DNA of 64,000 nucleotides from the human T2T-CHM13v2.0 reference genome, Homo sapiens. Location: the NCBI RefSeq assembly GCF_009914755.1, contig NC_060930.1. One strand, given 5' to 3'. The position numbers were made by a program, and so were the translations under genes. Of this stretch, positions 39,096 to 53,391 are shown piece after piece. The notes beneath the pieces were generated by a model. It did not search any database. It was not told the origin of the DNA and saw only the letters and a list, made by a program, of their open reading frames with translations. Positions within the stretch are counted from its first letter, which is position 1. Each line of letters opens with the position of its first letter.

Positions 39096-40239
39096 AAAAA
39101 ATTTATAAATGTTTTCTTTTAATTATTTAATAACCACACATTGGTCATTACCTATAGACAGCAGCAAAAGAAAAAGAAAAGTAGTTTCTCTATCACCAAG
39201 CAATTTGTCATTTAACTGGAGCAATAAACACTATAGACATGAAAAACACTTAAGAACCACTTAAATATGAACATATTGAGAAAGGTGAATGGGAATGCAT
39301 TAAGAAAACAGAGAAAAGACAAAAATAGAGATCACTGCATTTAATGCAATATTGGGGAAGGCTTCCTAGAGCAGGAGAGCTGAGTCAGACATGTTAACAA
39401 GGTGAGGAAGACAAAACAAAGAGAGAAGGAAGGAGCCCTCATGGGGGAGAAGACTCACAGCCTGACTTAGACTGATAGGCATGACTTTCTTAATAAAAAA
39501 TGTGATTCCCAACACCACCAACACGGTCTTAGTAATTTTTTCTATTGTAATAATTGTCAGAAACAAACCCTGGAAACACATTGGCACGCTGAAGGTTATT
39601 TCATAGGTTGAGAATAAACACAGCAAGAACCTTGCTAACACTGATCGTTCAAAAACAAAGCCCTGCTGGCTTTTATATTTGACGAAGGAAATCCTGTGAA
39701 TTTTCTAACTGGATCAGTATACTAGTATATCCACACTGAGTTTTAAAAGGTTGGAATCCCCAGGTAAAAATGATGCCAAAGCACCAATAGAGGTGTGAAT
39801 ATCAGCTAAATCAGTTGCTCGGCACCATGAAGACAGTTAAGCTCTTTTAGCCTGTAAAAGCAGAGATGTTTGAGCTACCTTAAATGGAGAGTTAGAGCTT
39901 GGAAGGAAGGAAGATAATGTCCACACAGCCAGCAGTTCATGTTCCATACTGCTCACAGACATTAGGATGCCTCTGCATACACAGCAGTAGCTCCAGCAAC
40001 CCAGTAGGAACTCCCATAACCACTCCCTCCTAAGAGGCATCCATCACTGCCTACTCAAGTGCTTTGCATGGCGGTGTGCTAATAAATGGTTTAACAACAG
40101 ATTCTGTGAGGGGTGATCCCTGATTTGAGGTTTTTCCCAGTTTCTGTTGTGTAAAAACCCCCATGATGACCAATTTCAAGATAAAACATACGATCACAGA
40201 ACAGAGATGGGGAGACACAAGCACTATGGATTCTTAGGG

Positions 40240-40560
40240 TACCACAAATGACTCAAAAACTCTGACTCAGCTTCTCAACTCTCCTGTTCAATGGGTTAAC
40301 TGTTATCTCCTTCTCTCTACTTTATGGTTTCTTCATACTACCTTATTTCTGTGAGTTTTCTTGCCACTGTCCATATGTTTCATTATTCAAACTCTTGAAG
40401 GGAAGGAACCTGATTGAATCAGCCGTTCCCCAACCAAGAGGTAGAACTCCACATGGTTACAGTTGCCCTGCCAGACTCCTTCCCATCTCTAATCCAATCA
40501 GCTATAATTGTCAGCAGGTGACCCTGTTCCAGGAAGAGAAGACTTTGACCTGCAAGGCAT
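40240..40560. mobile_element. Old MaLR (MLT1-like) LTR fragment
   Basis: gggaaggaacctgattgaatcagcc...aatccaatcagctataattgtcag. Confidence 0.45.
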
Positions 40561-40764
40561 AAGACCTTTTTGGAAGGATGTGGTCTAATACAGCAGGTGC
40601 CTTGAAGGGGCAATCCAGTACTTTACAACATAAGCAATTAAGTCCTGATTTGTGTTTGTGTTCGGTTACTTGCTGTAGTGTCATTAAGAAATGTCTTCAT
40701 CTAGATCCCCCTTCTGATGGCTTTCTCAGTTTCACATGGATCAGTGTCACTCCAGAGGGGGAGG

Positions 40765-40910
40765 CACTGCAGTAAATGGCCAAGAACTCTGAATTTGAGT
40801 AGGAGACCTGGATCTAGGTCCATCCAATTACTTTTCTTTTTCTGTGACCTTGGGCAATCTCACTTCAACTTTCTGAACCTGTTTCCTCATTTATAAAACA
40901 GAAAATTGCT
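40765..40910 (+). mobile_element. MIR
   Basis: tgtgaccttgggcaatctcacttcaactttctgaacctgtttcctcatttataaaac. Confidence 0.85.
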
Positions 40911-42037
40911 CCTGACTTACCAAATTCCAGGTGATGTTTTACTGGAATAAGAAGGAAGAGAATGAGGAGAAGGTAGAGGACTGTTCTCACAGCAGGGAAT
41001 TTAAATGTTTTTGAGCCAAGTTAACCTTTTTTTAAACATGTGGGTCTTAAGTGTGTAAAGTCAGAGGTACTCTAGCTAAAGGAGAGGGCAGTGAGGTGAA
41101 GGGGCTGGAACCCAACCTGTGTGGCCTCCTTCCTGCATGCTCTGCATTCCCCTAAGCAAGGGAACCCTGGAGTTCCTGAGAACAGAGCTGGAAAGTGACT
41201 AGCCTATACAAAGGCAATGGCAAAATATTTTCACATCCAGAATTTTTCCTCTTGTGTCAACTTGGAACAATAAAATAAATTCCCCACAAAAACATTTGGT
41301 GATCCTAGAAATAAAAAATTATCTCTAGGCAAATTTTATTGTGATAAAAATAAATTGAGAAGTATTTTAAGAAGTAAGTATTGAGGCTACTGGAATCACC
41401 ATTTCTAATTTCCTACTGTGAACTAAATCACAAATGGCTCTTACTTCTACAAAAGCTACAACAGAATGTGTGGTATTATTGTTGCTGAAGGGATGGATAA
41501 AGAAATTATTTAATTTTATCCCAATCCTCCATCCTATTTTTCCTCTTATATTTCTGTTTACTATGACACACACAATCTGATCTGAATTACAATGATCAGA
41601 AATATTATATATGCAAAAGTGAGGTTAGTATTATTAGTAGTGGTAGTACTATCATTAGTATTATTATATTATCCTCCCAAACCATTTTCTTGGCCTTATC
41701 AATGTTTTAGATATGATTGGGTAGACAAATACCAAAGGAGGCTTTATATGTTTAAAAAACATTTGAGCTAATGGTTTTCTATACAGCAAAACATCAGTTT
41801 CGAATCTTTTTATTCTTATTAAGGGTATAGGTTTAATCAAAATGAGGGCTGGGGAGGAAGATAAATATAATAATGTAAACAACAAAATAATAAAAATACT
41901 TTCACATTACTATCTTTTATAGTCATTTTAAATTAGATAAGAATAGATGGATAATGCTTTGTTTCTAATAATTTCTGCAGCCAAAGGTAGAGGCCGTAAT
42001 TAATCTGATCATCTCCCAGCCTGTTTCAGATAGTCAT

Positions 42038-42700
42038 TGTATCAGTCAGGGTCCCAACAGAAACAGAGTTATTAGGTATAATTCCAGGAAGGATTATTTA
42101 CAAAAAAGCTAATTACAATATTAAGGGGTGGGTAGGCTATGGGGAATTGCTAAGGTTAATGCAGGAATCCAGAACTAGCAGCAGGAGAGCTGCTACCACA
42201 TCTAGTACTGAAGGGATGAGGAGAGAGCAAAGTTTCAAGTGCCCAGCAGGGGAAGAATTCATAGACCAGTGCTGTTTCACAGAAAGATAATGAGGCCCAA
42301 AAATGTCATTTAAACTTTTCTAGAAACCACATTTTCTAAAAATAAACAAGAAAAATTAATTTTCATAACCTATTTTAATCCAATATGTCACATCAACATT
42401 TAATTGATAGAAAATGTATTAATGAGGTATTCTACAGTCTTTTATTCACATCCAGTATTCAAAGTTGAGTGCATATTTTATATTTACAGCGCATCTCATT
42501 TTGGACTTGCCACATTTCAAGTGCTCAATAGCCACAAGTGGTGGTGGCTCCTGGACTGGACAGCAGAGTCATAGAGCATCGACTGCCTTAATCTTCTGCT
42601 GGGGTCAGGGTGGGAGGAAAAAGGACGTTGGGTCAACCTAACCAGAAGCCACAGGCAGAAGAGCCTGTTGATACAGGGCAGGAAGTCTGAATAGAATAAC
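42038..42700 (-). mobile_element. LTR33-like LTR split by MER33
   Basis: tgtatcagtcagggtcccaacagaaacaga start; resumes after 42576 (aaccagaagccacaggcagaagagcc). Confidence 0.65.
42267..42568. mobile_element. MER33-like hAT-Charlie element
   Basis: cagtgctgt...gccacatttcaagtgctcaatagccac...tggacagcagag; 8-bp TSD tcatagac/tcatagag (7/8). Confidence 0.85.
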
Positions 42701-43259
42701 TTCTGCTATCTTCGGCCATCTTGCAGACTGTCAGATATTCCCAGGATCAGAAATGCAGAGGCATGAATGTGGAGAGCTTTGACTGAACATAGCAAGTATT
42801 GTATTAAAATGTTATTCTATCCTAATTGTACCTATCCTGTATGACAAGCATTTCTGGAAATGTTAGGAATGAGAAGACAGGGGTGTGAATATGCCAACCA
42901 GGCAACATTCCATGAAACTAATTACTTGGGATGATTCGGGCAAGAATATGCTGATACCAGAATTCATTCAACACAGTACGTGCCCTCCATGGATGGCCAG
43001 GCACTGTGCCTAGTTAAAGACTGTCTTCAACATTAAAGTAAAAGGAAAATACATTAGCCCGTTAACACATGTCATCTAAAGGAGACACAAAAGAAAGGAG
43101 AAAAGTCCCAAGATTGTCTTTCAAGCAAAGTTCTTATTTTGTTTTATTAAATCAGATCAGCACTATGATCATATGAAATAATGATTAGCCTCTCTAATTT
43201 ACAAAAAGCTGTCACTTTAGCATCAAAGGTAGTAAGTACATAGGTATATAGAAAGGATG

Positions 43260-43850
43260 GAATTTGATTCAAATATCTGAATCTTCTCTACTAATAATAG
43301 ACTATGTAAAGTTGAGGATAACACTCAGTCTCTCTGAGTCTCAGTATCCTCATCTATAAATTGAAAGTATAGGGATCCATATTCCCATATATTAGGTATC
43401 CAATACATTATTTATTCAACAATTTAATCAGTATCTACTATATGCCAGACACTGTGCTAGATACTGGGTATATCTAGATGAGTAAGATACGGTTCTCATC
43501 TTGAGTTTAGCAGAAAATGCAGACATATTAACAATAGTTATAATACAGTTAATATAGTAACTATTAACAATGCTTACAATATTTATAATACAATTAATAC
43601 TTATAAGCAACAATAGAGATATGTAGAAGATGGATGCAGTGTAATGAAAAAGAATGCAATCTTTGAAATTTAATAGATTTGTATGTGAATCTGTCATTTA
43701 CCAAGGAGTGTCTTTGAGTAAAACACCTAATGTCTCTGAGACCCAGTTTCATAGTCTGTCAGATTCCCTTTGAGAGTTTTTTGTATGGATTATAGATACA
43801 GGAAACCCACAACTTAAGACCCAGTCTGTTGACAGGTAGCATTTGAAAGT
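43260..43850. mobile_element. MIR - L2 - MIR cluster
   Basis: ctctgagtctcagtatcctcatctataaa; tatctactatatgccagacactgtgctagatactggg; tctctgagacccagtttcatag. Confidence 0.7.
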
Positions 43851-44865
43851 TGAGCTTCTATAAATTCTACCTCAATAGGTATAAATTGAATTAGTTACAT
43901 TCCTAGTAAAGAGCACCAAATACATATTTTGTCCAAATACTAAGTGGCTGAGTATTAAAATCAATATTTTGCCAAAGATGAATATCATCATCAAAAAATG
44001 AACTTCTAGAATATGGAAATAAATCCTAACTTATATCCAAAAATTATTACTATAATTTTATGAAAAAATGTAATTAAATTTGCCAAGTACTACAGTATAA
44101 TATTAAAAAATAAATTTTCAGCTATGCCAACTACTAGATTTTTCCCGGAGGTCATTCACTATAGCACATTGTAACAACAAAAAGATGCTCACTTTCAGCT
44201 AAGGTTGACCTGATATTTTTGAAGCACCTCATTACTCTCTTACGCTTTCTTCTTTTTTTTTTCAACTACTCTATATTCTTTATTAAATCTGAACAAAGAT
44301 AATTTATCACTGATAATTTTGTTCATATTCTGGAAATTATTTCATTAATGAAATTTAAAGTGACATATTATGGCTTTCACTTATCCTTATGAGATATGAA
44401 AAATTGCCAATAAGGACTTTTTCTTGAAAGACTTGTGGCCTAAATGGAATTAAGTAACTAAATATTAAATACAGTTCTTAAAAGTTATATTATTTAAAGA
44501 TATTACTTAAATATAAGAATTCTACAATGATTTGAATTATGGTATAATTCCTAATAGCTTATTATTTAATTTTTTTAAATGTCTCAGGTCAAAAATAATC
44601 TTCTTCCTAAAGTTATCTAGCTATCATATGCTATAAATTCATGATCATAATCTATATATTTGCTCCTTATTCAACCATAAGAAAAATCTTGAGTGTTTAT
44701 GTAAAGTTAAATTAACAGCTATAACAATCTACAATTCATGATTTATATTTTACTTTATACTTCAAGTGACTGATAGAGCTCAACATATGAAGTGTGTAAG
44801 AATACTTCACTAAGTTACATTTAGGTTGCTTAGTTGATGAAAAGTGAATATTAAGATATTAACTG

Positions 44866-45165
44866 GGCCAGGTGTGGTGGCTCATGCCTGTCATCCCAGC
44901 ACTTTGGGAGGCCAAGGTAGGAAGATCACTTGAGGCCAGGAGTTCAAGACCAGCCTAGGTAACATAGTGAGGCACTGTCTCTACAGAAAAAAGCTTTAAT
45001 TAGCCAGATGTGGTGACATTCCCTTGCCATTCTGTAGGCTGAAGCAGGAAAATCCCTTTAACCCAGGAATTTGAGGTTACAATGAGCTATGACAGTGCCA
45101 CTGCATTCCAGCCTATGTGACAGAGCAAGACACTGTCTCTAAAAATTAAGATTAAATTAAATTAA
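44866..45165 (+). mobile_element. AluJ
   Basis: ggccaggtgtggtggctcatgcctgtcatcccagc...gagcaagacactgtctctaaaaa. Confidence 0.94.
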
Positions 45166-46019
45166 ATTTTGCGAATTGTATTGTTTATTTTTATGACAAA
45201 TTTTAACTATTTTTAAGAATCAAGTTTGTTTCTAGGAATTAGGAATACATTAAAATAAAAATTAAAATTAAAGATAACTACAAATTTAGATATTCTTTAT
45301 TCATATTATTGACATTTTTACATGTTTAGAGTTTATGTTATCCAGTGCAGTCACATGATCATTAACCATGCAGACAAATTCAAAGATACTAGAAATGACA
45401 TTGAAGTAGGCATGCAGCCCTTAACCCACCCTCAAAGGCTCATCTCATAGCAAAAATTGAATAGCAGATTTGGCCAAATACTACAGGTGAAGCCAAATTT
45501 TAGTGTATGCTTAATTGCTAGAAACCAACTTGAGGTCTTAAAAATAGTAAAAAATGAGCCATAAAAATAAATACAATTCAAAAAGTATGCTTTGACAAAA
45601 TTTCATTAAGTGCGTAAACAAAACTTCTTAATTAAAGTTATATTGTAAGTATCCCTTTGTGGGAATTTTTTGCATAGATGACATTGGATGAAGCTTCTTA
45701 AAGAAAGAGTTAAATTTAGTTTTAACTGAGAATGATGTCAGCAATCTACTTGTATTCAACAAGGGAAACCTTTCTTGCCTACATTTAAATTTTGGTTATC
45801 TGAAAATTCGTTTTTTCCTCCAAAAAGCATGACTATTTCCTAAGGTAAGTCTCAAAGAAAGGGCAGTTCTCACAGTGATTTCTCATCAAGAATGGCCTGC
45901 TCTCCTTATGCAACATGATATTCCTGGCTGAGTTCTTATGAATAGTACATTAGTGGCAAAAGGCCAGATGTATATCAAAGTTTGAGAACCATGGCATACA
46001 TATAGTATTCAAGGCACTG

Positions 46020-46410
46020 GTACCCCTCTGGCTCTGCAGCTTCACCTCATGCTCTTTCGAAACCAGGAAGACTAAGCCAGATGCCATTCCTCAAATGTCT
46101 CAAATAGCAAGCGCCTCCTACCACTTTGCTCAAGCTGTCCCCTCTGCCTGTAGTGCCCTCTACCCAACTCCTCTCCCCTACTTAAAATAACCTCTTCTCA
46201 TCCTTTAAGATACAGTTTAGGTCTAACCCCTGCAGAAAAGTTTCCCTATCCTCACAGACTGGGTCTAAAACCCAGCTTCACGTTGTCAGCTCCGTGGTTC
46301 TCCCATTGGACTAGTGAATCCCTGGGCAGAGCCTCTGCCTGGGTCATCTGTGTGTCCTCCACACCAGGCCTGGGGTTTGACACATAGCAGAACCTTAATA
46401 ATTACGTTTA
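46020..46410 (+). mobile_element. L2 3' end
   Basis: tgtcccctctgcctgtagtgccctc...gacacatagcagaaccttaataatt. Confidence 0.7.
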
Positions 46411-48297
46411 GCATTTCAATCACTACAAAACTGATTATATAAGAATGACATCTTTATCAATGTACCCACATGATATAAAAATTAACAGGGAAAAATGGAT
46501 CTCAGAGCATATTTTAAGAATTCTAAAACCAAGAGATTGGAGGCATCAAAGAAAGATCAGAGGGTAAAAGAGGCTTAAATTAAGGTGTACACACCTGAAA
46601 CACACCAAGTGTCAAGCTCCAAGAGGAACAATCACAAAACAGGCCAATGCTCCGTGGAGAGGAAAGACAAGAGAAGAGGAAGCAGATTACAAAGGCTATG
46701 GTCATCTACAGCTCATGTCGTAAAAAGAAACAAGTTGCTAAAAGAAAGTAATCTTTCTAGTTCTGATAAAATGTTCTGAATTTTAAAATTTCAATTGATT
46801 ATCATGTATCTGGAATTTTATAAAGGAGACAAAAATACTGTACATTTTTCATCTCATATGAACAAGCAAATACATCTACAAGAACAGAAGGTACAATCCA
46901 ATACCATTTTAGGCTCTTTTCCAAAGAGCAAACAAAAATCCAAACTAAAAAGAGAGAGAAATAACAGAATGGAAAAAAATAATAATAAACTGAACATAAC
47001 CACTCATTCCCCAGAGACTCTACCCTGCCCTTCCTACCTCTGCCAAAGAACTAATAATGAAGAAAAATAAAAAAGCATGTCTTGGCCCCTATCCAGTGCT
47101 GGGACTTATTAGTAACTATCTTAAAGGTTGAAAGGATCCTCAGCCAGAAGAATTGGCAGCCCTTAAAATGAGTGAGGCAATGGTACAGATGGTTGCCTTG
47201 GACATGGTACCAAGCCAGTCCAGGACAGTAAAGATCTTCAGAAACTCAAGCTGTATATTACCATAACATTTCACAGTGTTTCAGAAAGAAAATATTTCTC
47301 TATTTATTCCCTATAAAATCTAACTGAAAATAATTATTAACCAGGCAAAATGGTTAATAATTTAATGTAATAATTATTACAGGCAAAGGTATTGGAAGAT
47401 ACTATGGTGTCTATGTACCATTGTAACTTCTCACTGAAGTTGTTTTACAAAGGAATTTTCTGCCTAAGAGAATGGGTGAAAACTTGACAGGTTGTCATCC
47501 AAAAGTGCAATTCCAGTGATACTTCATATATCTTAACAGAGGTAATATTTCACTGAAACTGATTATTATTATAAGGACTATTCAAAATCTTATGAGGGAA
47601 TTTTCTTTTTCAAGAAATACTGCTTATACTTGCAGATCAAAGGTACAGTAGGTATTCAACTAATGTCTACAGGATTTGAATCTAAATCTTGTTGACATCA
47701 TTTTTCACTTGGAATAAAATTCTAAAATGTCACATAAGCCATGTAAGTATAATGCATTTCCGTGATATAAAGGATGTTCACTTTTCCTACTAAATTGGAA
47801 TGCATTTTAAAAGGGAAGTTATAGTGGCTGGAAGGTTGGAATACTATTTTGCTAAAGTGTGGGTGAGGGGAAACAATATTCCCAGGAGAAAGCTGATTTC
47901 CATCTTTTTCTCTCCCCTAAGTCTGCTCATAAGGCTAGGTCACTTGCTGAAACTTCTTACTGATTTTATTAGTCTGCCTGTAGACTACCTTGAGTTTTTT
48001 CTCTTTAATCTCAGTTTTCAGTTCCTTTTTAATTCTTATACCTCTAATTGCTTTGTCTTGTCTTATTTCGTTGTCTACGACACCCAATATAAGCCTGACT
48101 AGAAGTAATGATAGCAGAATTCTTTGTCTTGATCCCCATCTAAGTAGAAATAATTCTAAAATCTTATCATTACATATGTTTACTATAGGTTTTTTCTATA
48201 TATGCTTTAGTAGGTTAAGGTAGTTCCTTTTGATTCCTAGTTTGCTATAAAAAAAATTTTATCATGAATAAATTTTGGATCTTGCCAAATCTGCAGC

Positions 48298-48825
48298 TGT
48301 TAATGAAAGTCCTATGTTTTGTCAAGAACAGTGAAGGTTGTGAGATTTTTTTTTTAATTACTTCAAGTTCTGGGATACATATGCAGAACGTGCAGGTTTG
48401 TTACATAGATATACACGTGCCATGGTGGTTTGCTGCACCCATCAACCCATCATCTACATTAGGTATTTCTCTTAATGCTATCCCTCCCCCAGCTCCCCAC
48501 CCCCAACAGACCCCAGTGTGTGTTGTTCCCCTACCTGTGTCCATGTGTTCTCATTGTTCAACTCCCACTTATGAGTGAGAACACGTGGTGTTTAGTTTTC
48601 TGTTCCTGTGTTAGTTTGCTGAGAATGATAGTTTCCAGCTTCATCCATGTCCCTGCAAAGGACATGAACTCATCCTTTTTATGGCTGCATAGTATTCCAT
48701 GGTGTATTTTAACCTATTTGCAAGTTAACAAGTTAGCCTGCCACAATTTCATGGGTGCCAGCAAAAGATGTAAGACTCCAGGGTCAGAATTAAAAGACTT
48801 TTTGCCCACAGGACAGCAAGCATAA
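48298..48825. mobile_element. LTR fragment (family not assigned) split by L1PA
   Basis: tgtcaagaacagtgaaggttgtgagatttt | aacctatttgcaagttaacaagttagcctgccacaatttcatgg reads contiguously across the L1PA. Confidence 0.55.
48346..48705 (-). mobile_element. L1PA7/8-like 3' end
   Basis: Poly-T, then aagttctgggatacatatgcagaacgtgcagg...tagtattccatggtgt. Confidence 0.93.
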
Positions 48826-49777
48826 CGAACATCATAAATATTCATTTGTATCCTTTTTTTCTTGATTAGTCCTTCTAAAAGTTTCTCCATTGAATTAGTT
48901 CTTTCAAATGACTGGTTTTGGATTATGTTGATCTATGTTTGGGGGTTTTTTAACTTCAGTAGTATTTGTTCTCATCTTTAATGTTCCTTTTAATCATTTT
49001 TAAACTTAATTTATTCTGTTTTTTATTTTTCTAGTTTCCAAAATGGAACATGAATCATTTATTTTCACAATTTTTTCTTTTTAATAGTTACCTCAAATAC
49101 TGCCTTAGTTGCCTCCTACAAGTTTTGATATGTACTACTTTTACTTTTGTACAACTTTTAAATTGTGTTTTCTTCCTTAACCCATAAGTTATTTGGAAAT
49201 ACACTTTAATATTTCCAAATACATGGCAATTTTTCAACTAGCTTTTTTTTAACTGACTTGTGGTCAAAAAAATAGAAAAATATATATTCTCTATTATTGG
49301 AGATGATATATAGATATATAGATGGACATATAGAGATACATCTATGCATACAATGTATGCATATAGAGAGTTAGAGATGGAATTAATTTTGCTTTTCGAT
49401 GTTTCTTATTTCTTGATCTTGTTTTTATATTCTTAATCTATCAGTTTTGTTATGAATGAGGATTTGCTGGTTATTCCTTTTAGTTCTTGCTTTATGTATT
49501 TTTGAAAGTGATCTGTTATATATACACTTATTTATTGATTGTTGTGACATCTTGGAAGATAATTTCTTTTTAAAATTATTTTAGAGAGTATCCCTTTATC
49601 CTTTTTTAAACTTTAAGTTCTGTCTCATTTGAGGACCCCAACTTTAATTCATATTTGCACATTAGATCTTTTGGCATCCCTAGAATTTCAACCTTTCAGT
49701 GTCACTTGGTTTTGGAATTTCTCTTGGATGCAAAGTAAAGCAGAAGGAATTTTGTAACAACTTGATAATATAACTTC

Positions 49778-50071
<294 letters not shown>

Positions 50072-51639
50072 TCTAAAAAGTGAGAGTTTAGTCATGTACG
50101 TTTATTAAGATTATGGCATTACTGGTATATTTGGACTTATTTCCACCATCTGATTTTGTGCTTTCTTTTTATTTATTTCATGGTCCTTTCCTTACTGTCC
50201 TGCCTATTGTTGGATTGATTATTTTTTTACCTTTAGTTTTTCCTTCTGTTAATTTAAAAGCTGTAAATTACATTGCTATTATTTTGGTGATTCCCTCTAG
50301 CATATTAAGATTGAAACTTAACCAAAAAGTTTTCTAACACAATCTAGAATTATTTAGTACATCAATTCTATTTATAATTAAAACATTGAGTATAACATAT
50401 TTTGAACCCTGGAACAACTCCACATCTGGTTATTTTTATATAGAGCTTCACTTATCTTTTAAACAAAGAAAGCATTTTTTGTAATCGATAGTTGATTACA
50501 TTGGTCAACATATTTTATTAATTTCTGTGTTCACTGTTGTTTCTCATGCTCTACATTTTCCCTCTGCATTCACCTTTTTTCTTGCCAAAGAAAAAATTTT
50601 TAGGAATTATGAATGATAAATTTCTCTTGCCTTCTATGCATCTCAAATTCTCTTTACCTTGTCCTCATTCTTGCGTGATTTTTGTGTATAGAACTCTAAG
50701 TATACTTATATCTGTCCTCAGCACTTGTAAGATATTATTGCATTTTCTCTGGCATCAATTGTCCAGAGCAAAAGGCTGCTGTTTGTCTAATTGTTGTTAA
50801 CTTTTAGATGATTTGTATATTTTCTCTGATAGCTTTGAAGAGTGTCCTTTATTCTTAATAACGTAGTTCCTTATAATATGTCTAAAAGTGAATTTATTTT
50901 TATTTATATAGTTTCATACTCAAGAGTATTCTTCTAATATGTGAATGATAATCTTAAATTCTAGAAATGGTATTAACAGTTATCTCTCATTTATCGATTC
51001 TCTAATATCCCCTCCCTCTCAGAAGCTCATATTCAACGAATATGGGAGCAACTCAACTCATCTTTCATGTTTCTTAATTCCTCTCCCATATATTTTATTT
51101 GTGCTGAATAGTGGATATCCTTCAGTCCTCTTCAAGTTTACTATTCTTTTTGACTATGTTCATTCTAGAGTATGTCCCATACATTGCATTTTTGTTTCAT
51201 TGACTAAATTTTTATTTCCATCATATTTGGTTGGATCATTTTTATTTACCAGTACATTATTTTATTCCTCTCTGGTTTCATCTCACACTTTCTATTTTTT
51301 AAACAATTATTTCAAATTCTTTCTCAGACTTCTCTCAAATTAACTAATCAGAATGAGTTCATGTTCTGATTGTTTGGTTTATGTTCATCTTTATTTTGGC
51401 TTTCTTCCTTAGCATCAGATTTTTTAAATGAGTTTTATAGTTTTTGTGCACAGGCTAATTTTTATGCAAGATTTTTAAAATTTTATTTCCCCTTCTTCCT
51501 TCCACACCTATTTCTGTATATCTAGTGAATCGCCTCCACCCAGCCAACACAGAATCAGTTCATCTAATGATAGTGACTGCCACATGTGACATTCATACAT
51601 AGTACACTTCTTTCAGAACCCCTTTTGTGTTCTAGATTA

Positions 51640-51830
51640 GGTGCCACTTCAGTGCTCTTCTGAAGATATTATAATATAATTGCTTTTTATTATTGATTTC
51701 TCCCTCAGCAAGACTGTCTCTGCCATGAGGGCCAGGACCTGAGCTATCTGGTTCACACTGTTAAACAACCCAGCACCAAGAGCAATGAGTGGAATAAAAT
51801 ACACTCATTAAATAGTTGCTGACTGAAATA
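51640..51830 (+). mobile_element. L2 3' end
   Basis: ccatgagggccaggacc...actcattaaatagttgctgactgaa. Confidence 0.65.
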
Positions 51831-52648
51831 ATCAAATGTTTTCGTCACTGGGTAATGTGTCTCATGGTATTGCCATTGTACCATTTTCTCAGGATCCATG
51901 TGGTTAGTGTTGGAACTCAAAAGGTGATGACTTTCCTAGGTGGTTGCTCACTTCTGAATAGTGATTTAGTAAGCACTTCACTTCTAGTTCAATCATTACT
52001 TCTTTCTCTCTGAGTTACTTTCACAATGGGTGGATCTGAAGGGCTAGCAGCTGCGAAGCCTGGCAGGATAAAGGGGATGATATCTTGCACTCTGCATTTT
52101 GTTTCACTGGTGTAATTACTATGATGATTGTAGATTAAGCCTAATCCTAGTTATTATAGTTTTCTCTTTGAATCCCAAAGATAAGAGGTTTCATCCTACA
52201 CAAAGATCTTTTTCATTTATTTCTGGACAGAAACCAACTAAAATTAGGTCCAAGTCATTCCTGAGCTGTCAATGTGGAAGTGCCTTCTGCATACTCACTT
52301 CCCGTCAATACTCCCTGACAACCCTTGAATCATTTAAACCTCACAAGTGGCTGTTGGGAAGCATGTCATTTCAATGTACCTCTATAGCTTACTGAAGATC
52401 ATATTGAATGATTTGTGAAAACGTGGAACAATGTCTCTTGATGTTTGCAAAGTATTACAATTTTATTTACATATTTATTCTGTTATTTTCAAGACCTCCA
52501 GTAATTACTAGTATAAGAAATAAAACATATACATGTTCTCTTTTCACCAATAAGAAAGTTGGTTTGGTTTGGTTTGGTTTTCTGTCAGGTTTAACAGTAA
52601 TTTTTATCCTAATATGTATACTAAGATTGCTTTTAAAAACAGCTTGAA

Positions 52649-52950
52649 TTTTTTTTTTCAAGACACGTCTTGTGCTGTCACTCAGGCAGGAGTGCAATAG
52701 CACAATCACACCTTGCTGCAGCCTTCGCTTCCCAGCCTCAAGCTATGCTCCCACCTCTGCCTCCATAGTACCTGGGACTGCAGATGGGTAGCTGACTTTT
52801 ACCACGCCCAGCTGACTTTTTTACTTTTTGTAAAGACCAGGTGTCCCTATGTTGCCCAGGCTTATCTCAAACTCCTGGCCTCAAGCAATCCTCCCACCTT
52901 GGCCTCCCAAAGTGCTAGGACTATAGGCATAAGCTACCACACCCAACCCA
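52649..52950 (-). mobile_element. AluJ
   Basis: Diverged reverse Alu (cctggcctcaagcaatcctcccaccttggcctcccaaagtgctagg). Confidence 0.92.
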
Positions 52951-53344
52951 AGAACTTGATTTTTATCCAACATGCTTGCTTAATGAAGACAATAGCCATC
53001 AGTTAAATTTTTAAAAACCTTTAGAACAGACATATAAACACTGCCTACTAATGAGTCATAAAATCTACATGCTTCTAAGATCATACTGAAAAAAACTCCC
53101 CTATTTCTGCTTTTGTTTATGCAGTAAGGAAAATATAGATTTTTTTGTCTCTGTGGTATTTGATTATTTTCCTAAATGTATATTTCTGGTCTTTTAATTA
53201 TGCATAGAAAGATCACAGCAATGGTTTCTTCCAAATATTATAGCCATCCTTACAGAACTTTCTCCACTGCATGTAGAGACCAGCTTAGCATATAATTTAT
53301 GTTTTCAAACTTTAATTTGCCTGAAGCCTTTAATTTTCCACAAG

Positions 53345-53346
<2 letters not shown>

Positions 53347-53389
<43 letters not shown>
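53347..53389. repeat. (TG)n microsatellite, ~21 units
   Basis: Pure TG tract. Confidence 0.98.

Positions 53390-53391
<2 letters not shown>

Noticed and set aside
45839-45850. Perfect plus-strand donor AAG|GTAAGT
   Set aside because: No convincing acceptor at exon-like distance.
49343-49363. Inverted repeat tatgcataca-a-tgtatgcata
   Set aside because: Embedded in low-complexity TA/GA-rich sequence where such symmetry is expected.
50945-51343. 132-aa hydrophobic ORF resembling a membrane protein
   Set aside because: T-rich antisense strand of an old L1; composition artefact.
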